Below are positions 13,816 to 27,549 of a stretch of 64,000 nucleotides of DNA, in pieces. The notes beneath the pieces are model-generated. The model did no database searches. It saw only the letters and a list, made by a program, of their open reading frames with translations, and had not been told where the DNA came from. The translations under genes were made by a program, and so were the position numbers. How positions within the stretch are numbered: position 1 is the stretch's first letter; every line of letters begins with the position of its first letter. This DNA is from the human T2T-CHM13v2.0 reference genome, Homo sapiens: the NCBI RefSeq assembly GCF_009914755.1, contig NC_060946.1. One strand, 5' to 3'.

Positions 13816-16800
13816 TAGATTTTATGTGAATATATTTCCTTTTCTAGCATAGGCCACAAGCACTCCAAATGTCCACTTGCAGATTCTACAAAAAGATTGT
13901 TTCCAAACAGCTCAATCAAAGAAAGATCCAAGTCTGTGAGATGAACGCACACATCACAAAGTAGTTTCTCAGAAATCTTATGTCTAATTTTTATGTGAAG
14001 ATATTTCATTTTCCACGATAGGCCTCAAGGCACTGGAAATGTCCACTTGCAGATTCTACCAAAAGAGTATTTCAAAACTAGTACATCAAAAGAAAGGTTC
14101 AACTCAGGGAAATGAATGTAAACATCACAAAGCATTTTCTCAGAATGCTTCTATCTAGTTTTTCTGTGAAGATATTTCCTTTTCCACAATAGGCCTCAAA
14201 GCGCTCCAAATGTCTACTTGCAGATACTACAAAAAGAAAATCTCAAAAATGCTCAGTCAAAAGAAAGGGTTAACTCTGTGAGATGAATGCACACATCACA
14301 AAGATGTTTCTCAGATGATTTCTGTCGAGATTTTTTGTGAAGATATTTCCTTTTCTACCACAGGCCACAAAGCCCTCCGAATGTCCACTTGCAGAATCTA
14401 GAAAGAGTGTTTCCAAACTGCTTAATCAAAAGAAATGTTCAAATCTGTGAGATGACCACACGCATCACAAAGAAGTTTCTCAGAATTCTTCTGTCTAGTT
14501 TTTCTGTGAAGATATTTCCTTTTCCTCCATAGGCCTCAAAGGACTCAAAATGTCCACTTGCAGATTCTACAAAAATAGAGTTTCAAAACTGCTCAATCAA
14601 AAGAAAGGTTTAACTCTGTGAAATGAATGCACATATCACAAAGAAGTTTCTCAGATTGCTTCTGTCTAGATTTTATGTGAAGTTATTTCCTTTTCTATCA
14701 TAGGCTGCGAAGCACTCCAAATATCCACTCACAGAATCTATAAAAAAACTGTTTCCAAACTGCTCAATCAAAAGAAAGGTTCAACTCTGGGAGATGAACG
14801 TACACATCACAAGAAGTTTCTCAGAATTTTTCTCTCTAGTTTTTATGTGAAGTTATTTCCTTTCCCACCATAGGCCTCAAAGAGCTCCAAATGTCCACTT
14901 GCAGATACTACAAAAGGAGAGTTTTAAAACTGCACAATCAAAAGAAATGTTTAACTCTGTGAGATGAATTCACACATCACAAATAAGTTTCTCAGATTGC
15001 TTCTGTCTAGATTTTATGTGAAGATATTTCCTTTTCTACCATAGGCCGAGAAGCACTCCATATGTCAACTTGCAGATCCTACAAAAAGAGTGTTTCCAAA
15101 CTGCTAAATCAAAAGAAAGTTTCAACTCCTTGAGATGAATGCACACATCATGAAGAAGTTTCTCGGAATTCTTCTGTCTACTATTGATGGGAAGATATTT
15201 CCTATTCCACCATTGGCCTCAAAGCCCTCCAAATGTCCACTTACAGACTCTACAAAAAGAGGTTTTCAAAACTGCTCAATCAAAAGAAATGTTTAACTCT
15301 GTGAGATGAATGCACACATCTAAAGAAGTTTCTCAGATTGTTTCTGTCTAGATTTTATGTGAATATATTTCTTTTTCTACCATAGGCTGCAAAGCGCTCC
15401 AAATGTCCACTTGCAGATTCTACAAAAAGAGTATTTCCAAACTGCTCAATCAAAAGAAAGGTTCAACTCTGTGAGATGAACGCACACATCACAAAGTAGT
15501 TTCTCAGAATTCTTATGTCTAGTTTTTATGTGAAGATATTTCATTTTCCACAACAGGCCTCAAGGAACTGGAAACGTTCACTTGCAGATTCTACAAAAAC
15601 AGTATTTCAAAACTGGTCAATCAAAAGAAAGATTCAACTGTGGGAAATGAATGTGCACATCACAAAGCAGTTTCTCAGAATGCTTCTATCTAGTTTTTAT
15701 GAGAAGATATCTCCTTTTCCACAATAGGCTTCAAAGCGCCCCAAATGTCCACTTGCAGATACTACAAAAAGAGAGTTTCAAAATTGCTCAATCAAAAGAA
15801 AGCGTTAACTCTGTGAGAAGAATGCACACATCACAAAGAAGTTTCTAATATTGCTTCTGTCGAGATTTTTTGTGATGATATTCCCTTTTCTACCACATGC
15901 CGCAAAGCGCTGCAAATGTCCACTTGCAGATTCTAGAAAGAGTGTTTCCAAACTGCTTAATCAAAAGAAAGGTTCAACTCTATGAGATGAACGCATGCAT
16001 CACACAGAAGTTTCTCAGAATTCTTCTGTCTAGTCTTTCTGTGAAGATATTTCCTTTTCCTCCACAGGCCTGAAAGTGCTCAAAATGTCCACTTGCAGAT
16101 TCTACAAAAAATAGAGTTTCAAAATTGTTCAATCAAAAGAAAGGTTTAACTCCGTGAGGTGAATGCACACATCACAAAAAAGTTCCTCAGATTGCTCCTT
16201 TCTAGATTTTATGTGAAGATATTTCCTTTTGTACCAATAGGCTGAAAAGCACTACAAATGTACACTTGCAGATTCCACAAAAAGATTGTTTCCAAACTGT
16301 TCAATCAAAAGAAAGGTTCACCTCTGTGAGATGAATGCACACATCACAAAGAAATTTGTCAGAATACTTCTGTCTGGTTTTTATGTGAAGATATTACCTT
16401 TTCCATCATAGGGCTCAAAGCGCTCCAAATGTCCACTTTCAGATTCTACAAAAAGAGAGTTTCAAAACTACTCTATCAAAAGAAAGGTTTAAATCTGTGA
16501 GATGAATGCACAAATCGAAAGAAGTTTCTCAGATTGCTTCTGTCTAGATATTATGTGAAGATATTTCCTTTTCTACCATAGGCTGCAAAGTGCTCCAAAT
16601 GTCCACATACAGATTCTATAAAAAGAGAGTTTCAAAACTGTTCAATCAAAAGAAAGTTTTAACTCTGTGAGATGAATGCACCCATCACAAAGAAGTTTCT
16701 CAAATTGCTCTGTCTAGATTTTATGTGGAGATATTGCTTTTTCCATCATAGACTGCAATGTATTCCAAATGTCCACTTGCCGATTCTACAAAAAGAGTGT

Positions 16801-19800
16801 TTTCAAACTGCTCAATGAAAAGAAAGGTTCAACTCTGTGAGATGAATGCAAACATCACAAAGAAGTTTCTCAGAATTCTTCTGTCAAGTATTTATGTGAA
16901 GATATTTCCTTTTCCACCATAGGCCTCAAAGCGCTACAAATGTCCAATTGCAGATCTTACAAAAAAAAGAGTTTCAGCACTGTTCTATCAAAAGAAAGGT
17001 TTTGCTCTGTGAGATGAATGCACACATCACAAAGAAGTTTCTCAGATTGTTCTGTCTAGATTTTATGTGAAGATATTTCTTTTTCTGCCATAGGCTGCAA
17101 AGCCCTCCAAATGTCCACATGCACATTCTACAAATAGAGTGTTTAGAAACTGCTCAATCAAAAGAAAGGTTCAACCCTGTGAGATGAACGCACACATCTC
17201 AAAGATGTTTCTTAGAATTCTGCTGTCTAGTTTTTATGTGAAGATAATTCATTTTCCACCAAAGGCCTCAAAGCGCTCCAAATGTCCACTTGCAGATTCT
17301 ACAAAAAGAGAGTTTGAAGACTGCTCAATCAAAAGAAAGGTGTAACTCTTTGAGATGAATGCACAAATCACAAAGAAATGTCTCCGAATGCTTCTGTCTA
17401 GATATTATGTGAAGATATTTCCTTCTCTAACATTGGCCACAAAGCGCTCCAAATGTCCACTTGCAGATTCTAAAAAAATATTGTTTCCAAAATGCTCAAC
17501 CAAAAGAAAGGTTCAACTCTGTGCAATGAATGCACGCATCACAAAGAAGTTTCTCAGAATTCTGCCATCTAGTTTTTATGTGAAGACATTTACTTTTCCT
17601 CCTTGGGCTGCAAAGCACTCTAAATGTCCACTTGCAGATTCTACAAAAAGAGAGTTTCAAAACTAAACTGCTCAATCAAATTAAGGATTAACTCTGTGAG
17701 ACGAATGCACACATCACAAAGAAGTTTCTTAGATTGCTTCTGTCTAGACTTTATGTGAAGATATTTCCTTTTCTACCATAGGCTACAAAGTGCTGCAAAT
17801 GTCCCCTTGAAGATTCTACAAAAGAGTGTTTCCAAAATGCTCAGTTGAAAGAAAAGTTCAACTCTGTGAAGTGAATGGACACATCACAGAGAAGTATCTC
17901 AGATTACTTCTGTCTAGATTTTATGTGAAGATATTCCCTTTTCTACCATAGGCCTCAGAGCGCTCCAAATGTCCACTTGTAAATTCTACAAAAAGAATGT
18001 TTCCAAACTACTCAATGAAAAGAAATGTTCAAATCTTTGATATGAACATATGCATCACAAAGAAGTTTCTCAGAATTCTTCCGTCTAGTTTTTATGTGAA
18101 GATATTTAATTTCCACCATAGGCCTCAAGGCTCTCGAAATTTCCCCTGCAGATTCTACAAAAAGTGTATTTCAAAACTGGTCCTTCAAAAGAAAGGTTCA
18201 GCTCTGTGAGATGAAGGCAGACATCACAAAGAAGTTTCTCAGATTCCTTCTGCCAAGACTTTATGTGAAGATATTTCCATTTCTAACACAGGACCAAAGC
18301 GCTCCAAATGTCCACCTGCAGATTCTACAAAAAGAGTGCTTCCTAACTGCTCAATCAAAAGAAAAGTTCAACTTTGTGAGACGAACACTCACATCACCAA
18401 AAGTTTCTCAGAATTATTCTGTGTAGTTTTTATATGAAGATATTTCATTTTCCACCATAGGTCTCAAGTCGTTCGTAATATCCCCTTGCAGATTCTGCAA
18501 AAAGGGTATCTCAAAACTGGTCCATCAAAAGAAAGATTCAACTCTTGGGGATGAATGCACACATCACAAAGATATTTATCAGAATGCTTCTATATAGTTT
18601 TTATGTGAAGATGTTTCCTTTCCCACCGTAGGCCTCAAAGTGCTCCAAATGTCCACTTGCACATTCTACAAAGGAGATTTTCAAAACTACTCAATCAAAA
18701 GAAAAGTTCAACTCTGTGGGATAAACACACACATCACAAAGAAGTTTCTCAGTATTCTTCTGTCTAGTTTTTATGTGAAGATATTTCTTTTTCTACCATA
18801 GACAGCAAAGAGCTCAAAATGTCCACTTCCAGATTGTACAAAAAGAGTGTTTCCTAACTGCTCAATCAAAAGAAAGGTTCAACTCAGTGAGATGAATGCA
18901 CACATCACAAAGAAAGTTCTCAAAATTCTTCCATATAGTTTTTATGTGAAGATATTTCTTTTTCCACCACAGCCCTCAAAGCACTCCAAATATCCACTTG
19001 CAGATTCTACAAAAAGAGAGATTCAAAACTGCTCCATCAAAAGAAATATTTAACTCTGTGAGATGAAAGCACACATCACAAAGAAGTTTCCCAGATTGCT
19101 TCTGTCTGGATTGTACGTGAAGGTAATTCCTTTTCTACCATAGGCCACAAAGCACTCCAAATGTGGAACTGCAGATGATGCAAAAAGAGTGTTTCCAATC
19201 TGCTCATTCAAAAAAAAGGTTTAACTCTGTGAGATAAATGCACACATCACAAAGAAGTTTCTGAGATTGTTTCTTTCTAGATTTTATGTGAAGATATTTC
19301 CTTTTCTACCATAGGCCGCAAAGCGCTCCAAATGTCCACTTGCAGATTGTACAAAAAGAGTGTTTCCAAACTGCTCCATCTAAAGAAAGTTTCAACTCTG
19401 TGAGATAAATGCACACATCAGAGTTCTCCTGTTTAGTTTTTATGTGAAGATATTTCATTTTCCACCATAGTCCTCAAGGCGCTAGAGATGTCCACTTGCA
19501 GATTCTACAAAAAGAGTACTTCAAATCTAGTCCATCAAAAGAAAGTTTCAACTCTGGGAGATGAATGCACACATTACAAATAAGTTTCTCAGAAAGCTTC
19601 TATCTAGTTTTTATGTGAAGATATTTCCTTTTCCAACATAGTCCTCAAAGCGCTCCAAATGCCCACTTGCAGATTCTACAAAAAGAAGGTTTCAAAACTG
19701 CTCAATCAAAACAAAGGCTTAACACTGTGAGATGAAAGCACACACCACAAAGAAGTTTTTCAGATTGCTTCTGTCCAGATTTTATGGGAAGATATTTCCT

Positions 19801-22800
19801 TTTCTACCATAGCCTGCTAAGCGCTCCAAATGTCCATTTGCAGATTCTACAAAAAGAGTGTTTCCAAACTGCATCATCAAAAGAAAGGTTCTGCTCTGTG
19901 ATATAAACGTACACATCACATAGCAGTTTCTCTGAATTCTTCTGTACAGTTTTTATGTGAAGATACTTCCTACTCCACCATAGGCCTCAAAGCACTCCAA
20001 ATGTCCACTAGCAGATTGTACAAAAAGAGAGTTTCAAAACTGCTCAATCATAGGAAAGGTTTAACTCTGTGAGATGAATGCACATATCACAAACAAGTTT
20101 CTCAAATTGCTTCTGTCTAGATTTTATGTGAAGATATTTCCTTTTCTAACATAGGCCAAAAAGCGCTTCAAATGTCCACTTGCAGATTCAAAAAAAAAAA
20201 GAGAATTTCAAAACTGCTGCATCAAAAGAAAGACTCAACTATGTGAGATGAATGCACACATCACAAAGAAGTTTCTCAGATTGCTTCTGTCTAGATTTTA
20301 TGTGAAGATATTTCATTTTTTCTACCATAGGCCACAAATCGCTCAAAATGTCCACTTGCAGATTCTACAAAAAGAGTGTTTCAAAACTGCTCTATCAAAA
20401 GAAAAGTTCACTTCTGTGAGATGAATGCACACATCATGAAGAACTTTGTCAGAATTCTTCTGTGTGGTTTTCATGTGAAGACTTTTCCTTTTCCAACATA
20501 GGCCTCAAAAACCTCCAAAAGTCCTCTTGTAGATTCTACAAAAGAGAGTTTCAAAACTGCTCAATCAAAAGAAATGTTTAAATCTGTGAGATGAATGCAC
20601 ACATCACAAAGTACTTTCTCAGATTGCTTCTGTCTAGATTTTATGTGAAGATATTTCCTTTTCCCCCATAGGCCACAAAGTGCTCCAAATGTACACCTGC
20701 AGATTCTACCAAAAGAGTGTTTCCAAACTGCTCAATCAAAAAAAAAAAAGTTTCAGGTCTGTGAGATGAATGCACGCATGACAAAGAAGCTTCTCAGAAG
20801 TCTTCTTTCTAGTATTAATGGGAAAATATATCCTTTTCCACCATAGGCCTCAAAGTGCACCAAATGTCAACTTGCAGATTTTACAAAAAGACAGTTTCAA
20901 AACTGCTTAATCAAAGGAAATAGTTTTACTCAGTGAGATCAATGCACACATCACAAACATGTCACTCAGATTGCTTCTTTCTAGATTTTATGTGAAGATA
21001 TTTCTTTTTCCACCATAGGCCACAAAGTGCTCCAAATGTCCATTTGCAGATTCTACAAAAAGAGTGTTTCCAAACTGCTCAATCAAAAGAAAGGTTCAAC
21101 TCTGTGAGATAAATGCACACATCACAAAGAGGTTTGTTTGAATTCTTCTGTCTAGTTTTTATGAGAAGATATTTCCTTTTTCACTATAGGCCTGAAAGCA
21201 CTCCAAATGTCTTCTTACAGATTCTACAAAAACAGAGTTTCAAAACTGCTCAGTCAAAAGAAAGGTTTAACTATGTAAGATGATTACAAACATCACAAAG
21301 ACGTTTCTCAGATTGCTTCTGTCTAGATTTTAAGTGAAGATACTTCCTTTTCTAACATAGGCTGAAAAGCGCTCCAAATGTCAACTTGCAGATTCTACAA
21401 AAAGAGAGTTTCGAAACTGCTCAATGAAAGGAAAAGTTTCACTCTGTGACAAGAATGCACACATCAAAAAGAATATTCTCAGACTACTTCTGTCTAGATT
21501 TTATGCGAAGATATTTCCTTTTCTACCATAGACCGCATAGCTCTCCAAATGTGCACGTGCAGATTCTACAAAAAGAGTGTTTCCAAACTGCTCAATCAAA
21601 AGAAAGGTTTAACTCTGTGAGATGAATGCACACATCACAAAGAAGTTTCTCAGAATTCTTCTATCCAGTTTTTAAGTGATGATATTTCCTTTTGCACCAT
21701 GGGCCTCAAAGCGCTCCAATTGTCCACTTGAAGATTCTACAAAAAGAGAGTTTCAAAACTGAGCAATCAAAAGAAAGGTGTAACTCTGTGATGAATGTAC
21801 ACATCACAAGTAAGTTTCTCACATTGCTTCTGTCTAGATTGTATGTGAAGTTATTTACTTTTCTACCATAGGACACAAAGTGCTCTAATTGTCCACCTGT
21901 AGATTCTACAAAAAGAGTATTTCCAAACTGCTCAATCAAAAGAAAGACTCAACTCTGTGAGATGAACTCACACATCACAAAGAAGTTTCTTAGAATTCTT
22001 CTGTTTAGTTTTTATGTGATGGTATTTCCTTTTCCAACATAGGATTCAGAGTGCTCCAAACGTCCACCTGCAGATTCTACAAAAAGAGAGTTTCTAAAGT
22101 GCTCAATCAAAAGAAAGGTTTAACTCTGTGAGATGAATGCACACATTACAAAGAAGTTTCTCAGATTGTTTCGGTCTAGATTTTATGTGAAAATATTTCC
22201 TTTTCTATCATAGGCCACAAAGCACTCCAAATGTCCACTTGCCGATTCTACATAAAGAGTGTTTCCAAACTGCTGAATCAAAAGAAAGGTTCAATTCTGT
22301 GAGATGAATGCACACATCAAAAAGCAGTTTCTCAGAATTCTTCTTTCTAGCTTTTATGTGAAGATATTTCCTTTTTAAACATAGGCCTCAAGGCGCCCGA
22401 AATGTCCACTTGCACATTCTATAAAAAGAGTATTTCAAAACTGGTCCTTTGAAAGAATGTTTCAGCTCTGGGAGATGAATACACATATCACAAAGAAGTT
22501 TGTCAGAATGCTTCTATCAAGTATTTATGTAAGGCCTCTTTTCCAACAGAGGCCTTAAAGCCCTCCAAATATCCACTTGCAGATTGTACGAAAAGAGAGT
22601 TTCAGAACTCCTCAATCAAAAGAAAGGTTTAATTCTCTGAGGTGAATGCACAAATCACAAAGAAGTTTCTCTGATTGCTTATGTCTAGATTTGATTTGAA
22701 GGTAGTCCTTTTACTACCATAGGTGGCAAAGAGCTCCAAATGTCCACTTGCAGATTCTACAAAAAGAGGGTTTCCAAACTTCTCAATCTAAAGAATGGTT

Positions 22801-25800
22801 CAGCTCTGTGGGATGAACACACACATCACATAGAAGTCGCTCAGAATACTTCTTTTTAGTTTTGTTGTGAAGATATTTCATTTTCCACAATAGGCCTCAA
22901 GGCACTCCAAATGACCAATTGCAAGTTATACAGAAAGATTATTACAAAACTGGTCCATCAATAGAAATGTTCAACTCTGGGAAATGAATACACACATCAC
23001 CAAGAGGTTGTTCAGAATGCTTCTATCTAGTTTTTATGTGAATATATTTTCCTTTGCACCATAAGCCTCGAGGAGCTCCAAATGTCCACATGCAGATTTT
23101 ATAAAAAGAGAGTTTTAAAACTGCTCAATCAAAATAAATGTTTAACTCTGTGAGATGAATGCACACAACAAAAAAAGCTTCCTCAGATTGTTTCTGTCTA
23201 GATTTTATGTGAAGATAATTCCTTTTCTACCATAGGCCTCAAAGCGCTCCATATGTTCACTTGCAGATTCTACAAAAAGAGTGTTTCCCGTCTGCTCAAT
23301 CAAAAGAAAGGTTCAACTCTGTCAGATGAACGCTGGCATCACAAAGAATTTTCTCAGAATTCTTCTGTCTACTTTTTATGTGAAGATATTTCCTTTTCTT
23401 CCATAGGCCTAAAAGCACTCCAAATGTCAACTTGCAGATTCTACAAAAAGAGAATTTCGAAACTGCTCAATGAAAGGAAAAGTTTCACTCTGTGACAAGA
23501 ATGCACACATCAAAAAGAATATTCTCAGACTACTTCTGTCTAGATTTTATGCGAAGATATTTCCTTTTCTACCATAGACCGCATAGCTCTCCAAATGTGC
23601 ACGTGCAGATTCTACAAAAAGAGTGTTTCCAAACTGCTCAACCAAAAGAAAGGTTTAACTCTGTGAGATGAATGCACACATCACAAAGAAGTTTCTCAGA
23701 ATTCTTCTATCTAGTTTTTAAGTGATGATATTTCCTTTTGCACCATGGGCCTCAAAGCGCTCCAATTGTCCACTTGAAGATTCTACAAAAAGAGAGTTTC
23801 AAAACTGAGCAATCAAAAGAAAGGTGTAACTCTGTGATGAATGTACACATCACAAGTAAGTTTCTCACATTGCTTCTGTCTAGATTGTATGTGAAGTTAT
23901 TTACTTTTCTACCATAGGACACAAAGTGCTCTAATTGTCCACCTGTAGATTCTACAAAAAGAGTATTTCCAAACTGCTCAATCAAAAGAAAGACTCAACT
24001 CTGTGAGATGAACTCACACATCACAAAGAAGTTTCTTAGAATTCTTCTGTTTAGTTTTTATGTGATGGTATTTCCTTTTCCAACATAGGATTCAGAGTGC
24101 TCCAAACGTCCACCTGCAGATTCTACAAAAAGAGAGTTTCTAAAGTGCTCAATCAAAAGAAAGGTTTAACTCTGTGAGTTGAAGCACAAATCACAAAAAG
24201 TTTCTCAGATTACTTCTGTCTAGACTTTATGTGAAGTTATTTCCTTTTCTACCATAGAACCCGAAGCACTTATAATGTCCCCTTGCAGATTCTACAAAAA
24301 GAATGTTTCAAAACTGCTCAATCAAAAGAAAGGTTCAACTCTGTGAGATGAATGCACGCATCACCAAGAAGTTTCTTAAAATACTTCTGTCTAGTTTTTA
24401 TGAGAAGACATTTCCTTTTCCACCATAGGTCTCAAAGTGATCAAAATTTCCACTTGCAAAATCTACAAAAAGAGAGTTTCAAAACTGCTCAATCAAAAGA
24501 AGGTTTATCTCTGTGATATGAATACACACTTCACGAAGAAGTTTCTAAGATTTCTTCTGTCTAGATTTTTTGTGATGATATTTCCTTTTCTACCATATGT
24601 TGCAAACTGCTCCAAATGTCCACTTGTAGATTCTACAAAAAGAGCGCTTCCAAACTGCTCAATCAAAAGAAAGGTTAACTCTGTGAGATGAACGCACACA
24701 TCACAAAGAAGTTTCTCAGAATTCTTCTGTCTAGTTCTAACGTGAAGATATTTCCTTTTGGACCAGAGGCCTCAAGGCGATCGAAATGTCCCCTTGCAGT
24801 TTCTACAAAAAGAGTATTTCAAAACTGGTCCATCAAGAGAAAGGTTCAACTCTGGGAGATAAATGCACACATCACAAAGAAGTTTCTCAGAATGCTTCTA
24901 TCTAGTTTTTACGTGAAGATATTTCCTTTTCCACCATAAGCCTCAAAGCACTCCAAATTTCCACTTGCAGGTTCTGCAAAAAGAGAGTTTCCAAAGTGCT
25001 CAATCAAAAGAAACGGTTAACTCTGTGAGATAAATGCACACATCACAAAGAAGTTTCTCAGAATTTTTCTGTCTAGTTTTTGTGTGAAGATATTTCATTT
25101 TCCACCATAGGTGTCAAGGTGCTTGAAAGGTCCACTTTCAGATTCCACAAAAAGTTTATTTCAAAACTGCTTAATCAAAAGAAAGTTTTAACTCTGTCAG
25201 ATGAATGCACAAATTACAAATAAGTTTCTCAGAATTCTTCTGTCTAGTTTTTATGTGAAGATATTTCCGTTTCAACCATAGGCCTCAAAGGGCTCCAAAT
25301 GTCCACTTGCAGATTGTATAAAAGGAGATTTTGAAAACTCCTCAATCAAAAGAAAGGTTTAACTCTGTGAGATGAAGGCACACATCGCAAAAGGTTTCTC
25401 AGATTGTTTCTGTCTAGATTTTATGTGAAGGTATTTCCTTTTCTACCATAGGCCACAAAGGGCTCCAAATGTCCACTTCCAGATTCTACAAAAGCAGTGT
25501 TTCCTAACTGCTCAATCAGTAGAAAGGTTCAACTCTGTGAGGTGAACACATGCATCACGAAAAAGTTTCTCAGAATGCTTCTGTTTAGTTTTTATGTGAA
25601 GATATTTCATTTTTCACCATAGGCCTCAAAGAGCTCCAAATACCAACTTGCAGATTCTACAAAAAGAGAGTTTCAAAACTGCTCAACCAAAAGAAAGGTT
25701 TAACACTGTGAGATGAAAGCACACATCACAAAGAAGTTTCTCAGATGGCTTCTGTCCAGATTTTATGTCCAGATATTTCCAGTTCTACCACAGTCTTCAA

Positions 25801-27549
25801 ATCACTCCAAAGGTCCACTTGTAGATTCTACAAAAAGAGTGCTTTCAAACTGCATAATCAAAGGAAAGCTTCAGCTCTGTGAGATGAATGCACACCTCAC
25901 AAAGAAGTTTTACAAAATTCTTCTGTCTGGTTTTTATGTGAAGATGCTTCCTCCTCCGCCATAGGCCTCAAGCGCTACAAATGTCCACTTGCAGATTCTA
26001 CAAAAAGAGAGTTTCAAAACTGCTCAATCAAAAGAAATGTTTAATTCTGTGAGATGAATGCACACATCACAAAGAAGTTTCTCAGATTTCTTCTGTCTAG
26101 ATTTTATGTGAAGATAATTCCTTTTCCACCATAGGCTGCAAAGCTCTTCAAATGTCCACTTTCAGATTCTGCAAAAAGAGTGTTTCCAAACTGCTCAATC
26201 AAAAGAAAGGTTCAACTCTGTGAGATGAATACACACATCACAAAGAAGTTTTTCAGAATTCTTCTGTCTAGTTTTTATGTGAAGATAGTTCATTTTCCAC
26301 CGTAGGCCTCAAAGCACTACAAGTGTCCATTTGCAGAATCTACAAAAAGACTGTTCCAAAACTGCTCAAACTGAAGAAAGGTTTAACTCTGTGAGATGAA
26401 TGCACACATCACAAAGAAGTTTCTCAGATTGCTTCTTGTAGATTATATGTGAAGTTAATTCCTTTTCACCACAGGCCACAAAGCACTCAAAAAGTCCACT
26501 TGCAGATAATACAAGAGAGTTTCAAAACTGCTCAATCAAAAGAAAGGTTTAACTCTGTGAGATGAATGCACACATCACAAAGAAATTTCCAAGATTGCTT
26601 CTGTCTATATTTTATGTGAAGATATTTCCTTTTCTACCATAGGCCTTAAAGTGCTCCAAATGTCCACTTGCAGATTCTACAAAAAGAGGGTTTCCACACT
26701 GCTAAATCAAAAGTAAGGTTCAACTCTGTGAGATGAGTGCACACATCACAAAGAAGTTTCTCAGAATGCTTCTTTCTCTTTATTATACGAAGATATTTCG
26801 TTATCCACCATAGGCCTCAAAGCGCTCCAAATGTCCACTTGCAGATTCTACAAAGAGAGTGTTTCAAAACTGCTCAATCAAAAGTAACGTTCAACTCTGT
26901 GAGATGAATGCACACATCACAAAGGTGTTTGTCAGAATGTGTCTGTCTAGATTTTATGTGAAGATATTTCCTTTTCTACCATAGGCCTCAAAGTGCTAGA
27001 AATGTCCACTTGCAGACTCCAGTAAAAGAGGTTTTCAAACCTGCTCAATCAAAATAAATGTTCAACTCTCTGAGATGAATGCACACATCACAAAGAAGTT
27101 TGTCAGAATGCTTCTGTCTAGTTCTTATGTGACGATATTTCCTTTTCCACCAAAGGCGTCAAAGCACTCCAAATGTCCAATCACAGATTTTACCAAAAGG
27201 GGGCTTCAAAACTGCTAAATCAAAAGTAAGGTTCAACTCTGTAGGATGAATGCACATATCACAAAGAAGGTTGTCAGAATGCTTCTGTCTAGTGTTTATG
27301 TGAAGATATTTCCTTTTTACCATAGGCCTAAAAGTGCTCAAAATGTCCACTTGCAGATTTTACAAAAAGAGTGCTTCCAAACTGCTAAATCAAAAGAAAG
27401 GTTCAACTCTGTGGGATGAATGCACACATCACAAAGAAGTTTCTTAGAATGCTTCTGTCTAGTTATTATATGAATATATTTTGTTATCCACCATAGGCCT
27501 CAAAGCTCTCCAAATGTCCACTTGCAGATTCTACAAAGAGAGTGTTCCA
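13816..27549 (-). repeat. Alpha satellite layer B, inverted orientation
   Basis: Reverse-complement monomers (tagattttatgtgaagatatttccttttctaccataggcc...aaatgtccacttgcagattctac...ctctgtgagatgaatgcacacatcacaaagaagtttctcag) run from 13816 to the L1 5' end, with the same dimeric diagnostics as 6951-13813. Confidence 0.95.
21372..24178 (-). repeat. Non-adjacent duplication: 21372-22132 copied at 23418-24178 (offset 2046 = 12 monomers)
   Basis: ~760 bp with about 3 mismatches by eye. Identical 77-aa spurious ORFs lie at 21706 and 23752. Confidence 0.92.

Noticed and set aside
1-27549. Regularly spaced conserved motifs suggestive of a CRISPR-like array
   Set aside because: The whole unit is repeated with no unique spacers, there are no cas genes, and the sequence matches primate alpha satellite.
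6951-27549. Perfect palindrome or fold-back duplication centred on 13814
   Set aside because: The arms are the same family but are not mirror images monomer by monomer by eye, and the phases at the junction differ.
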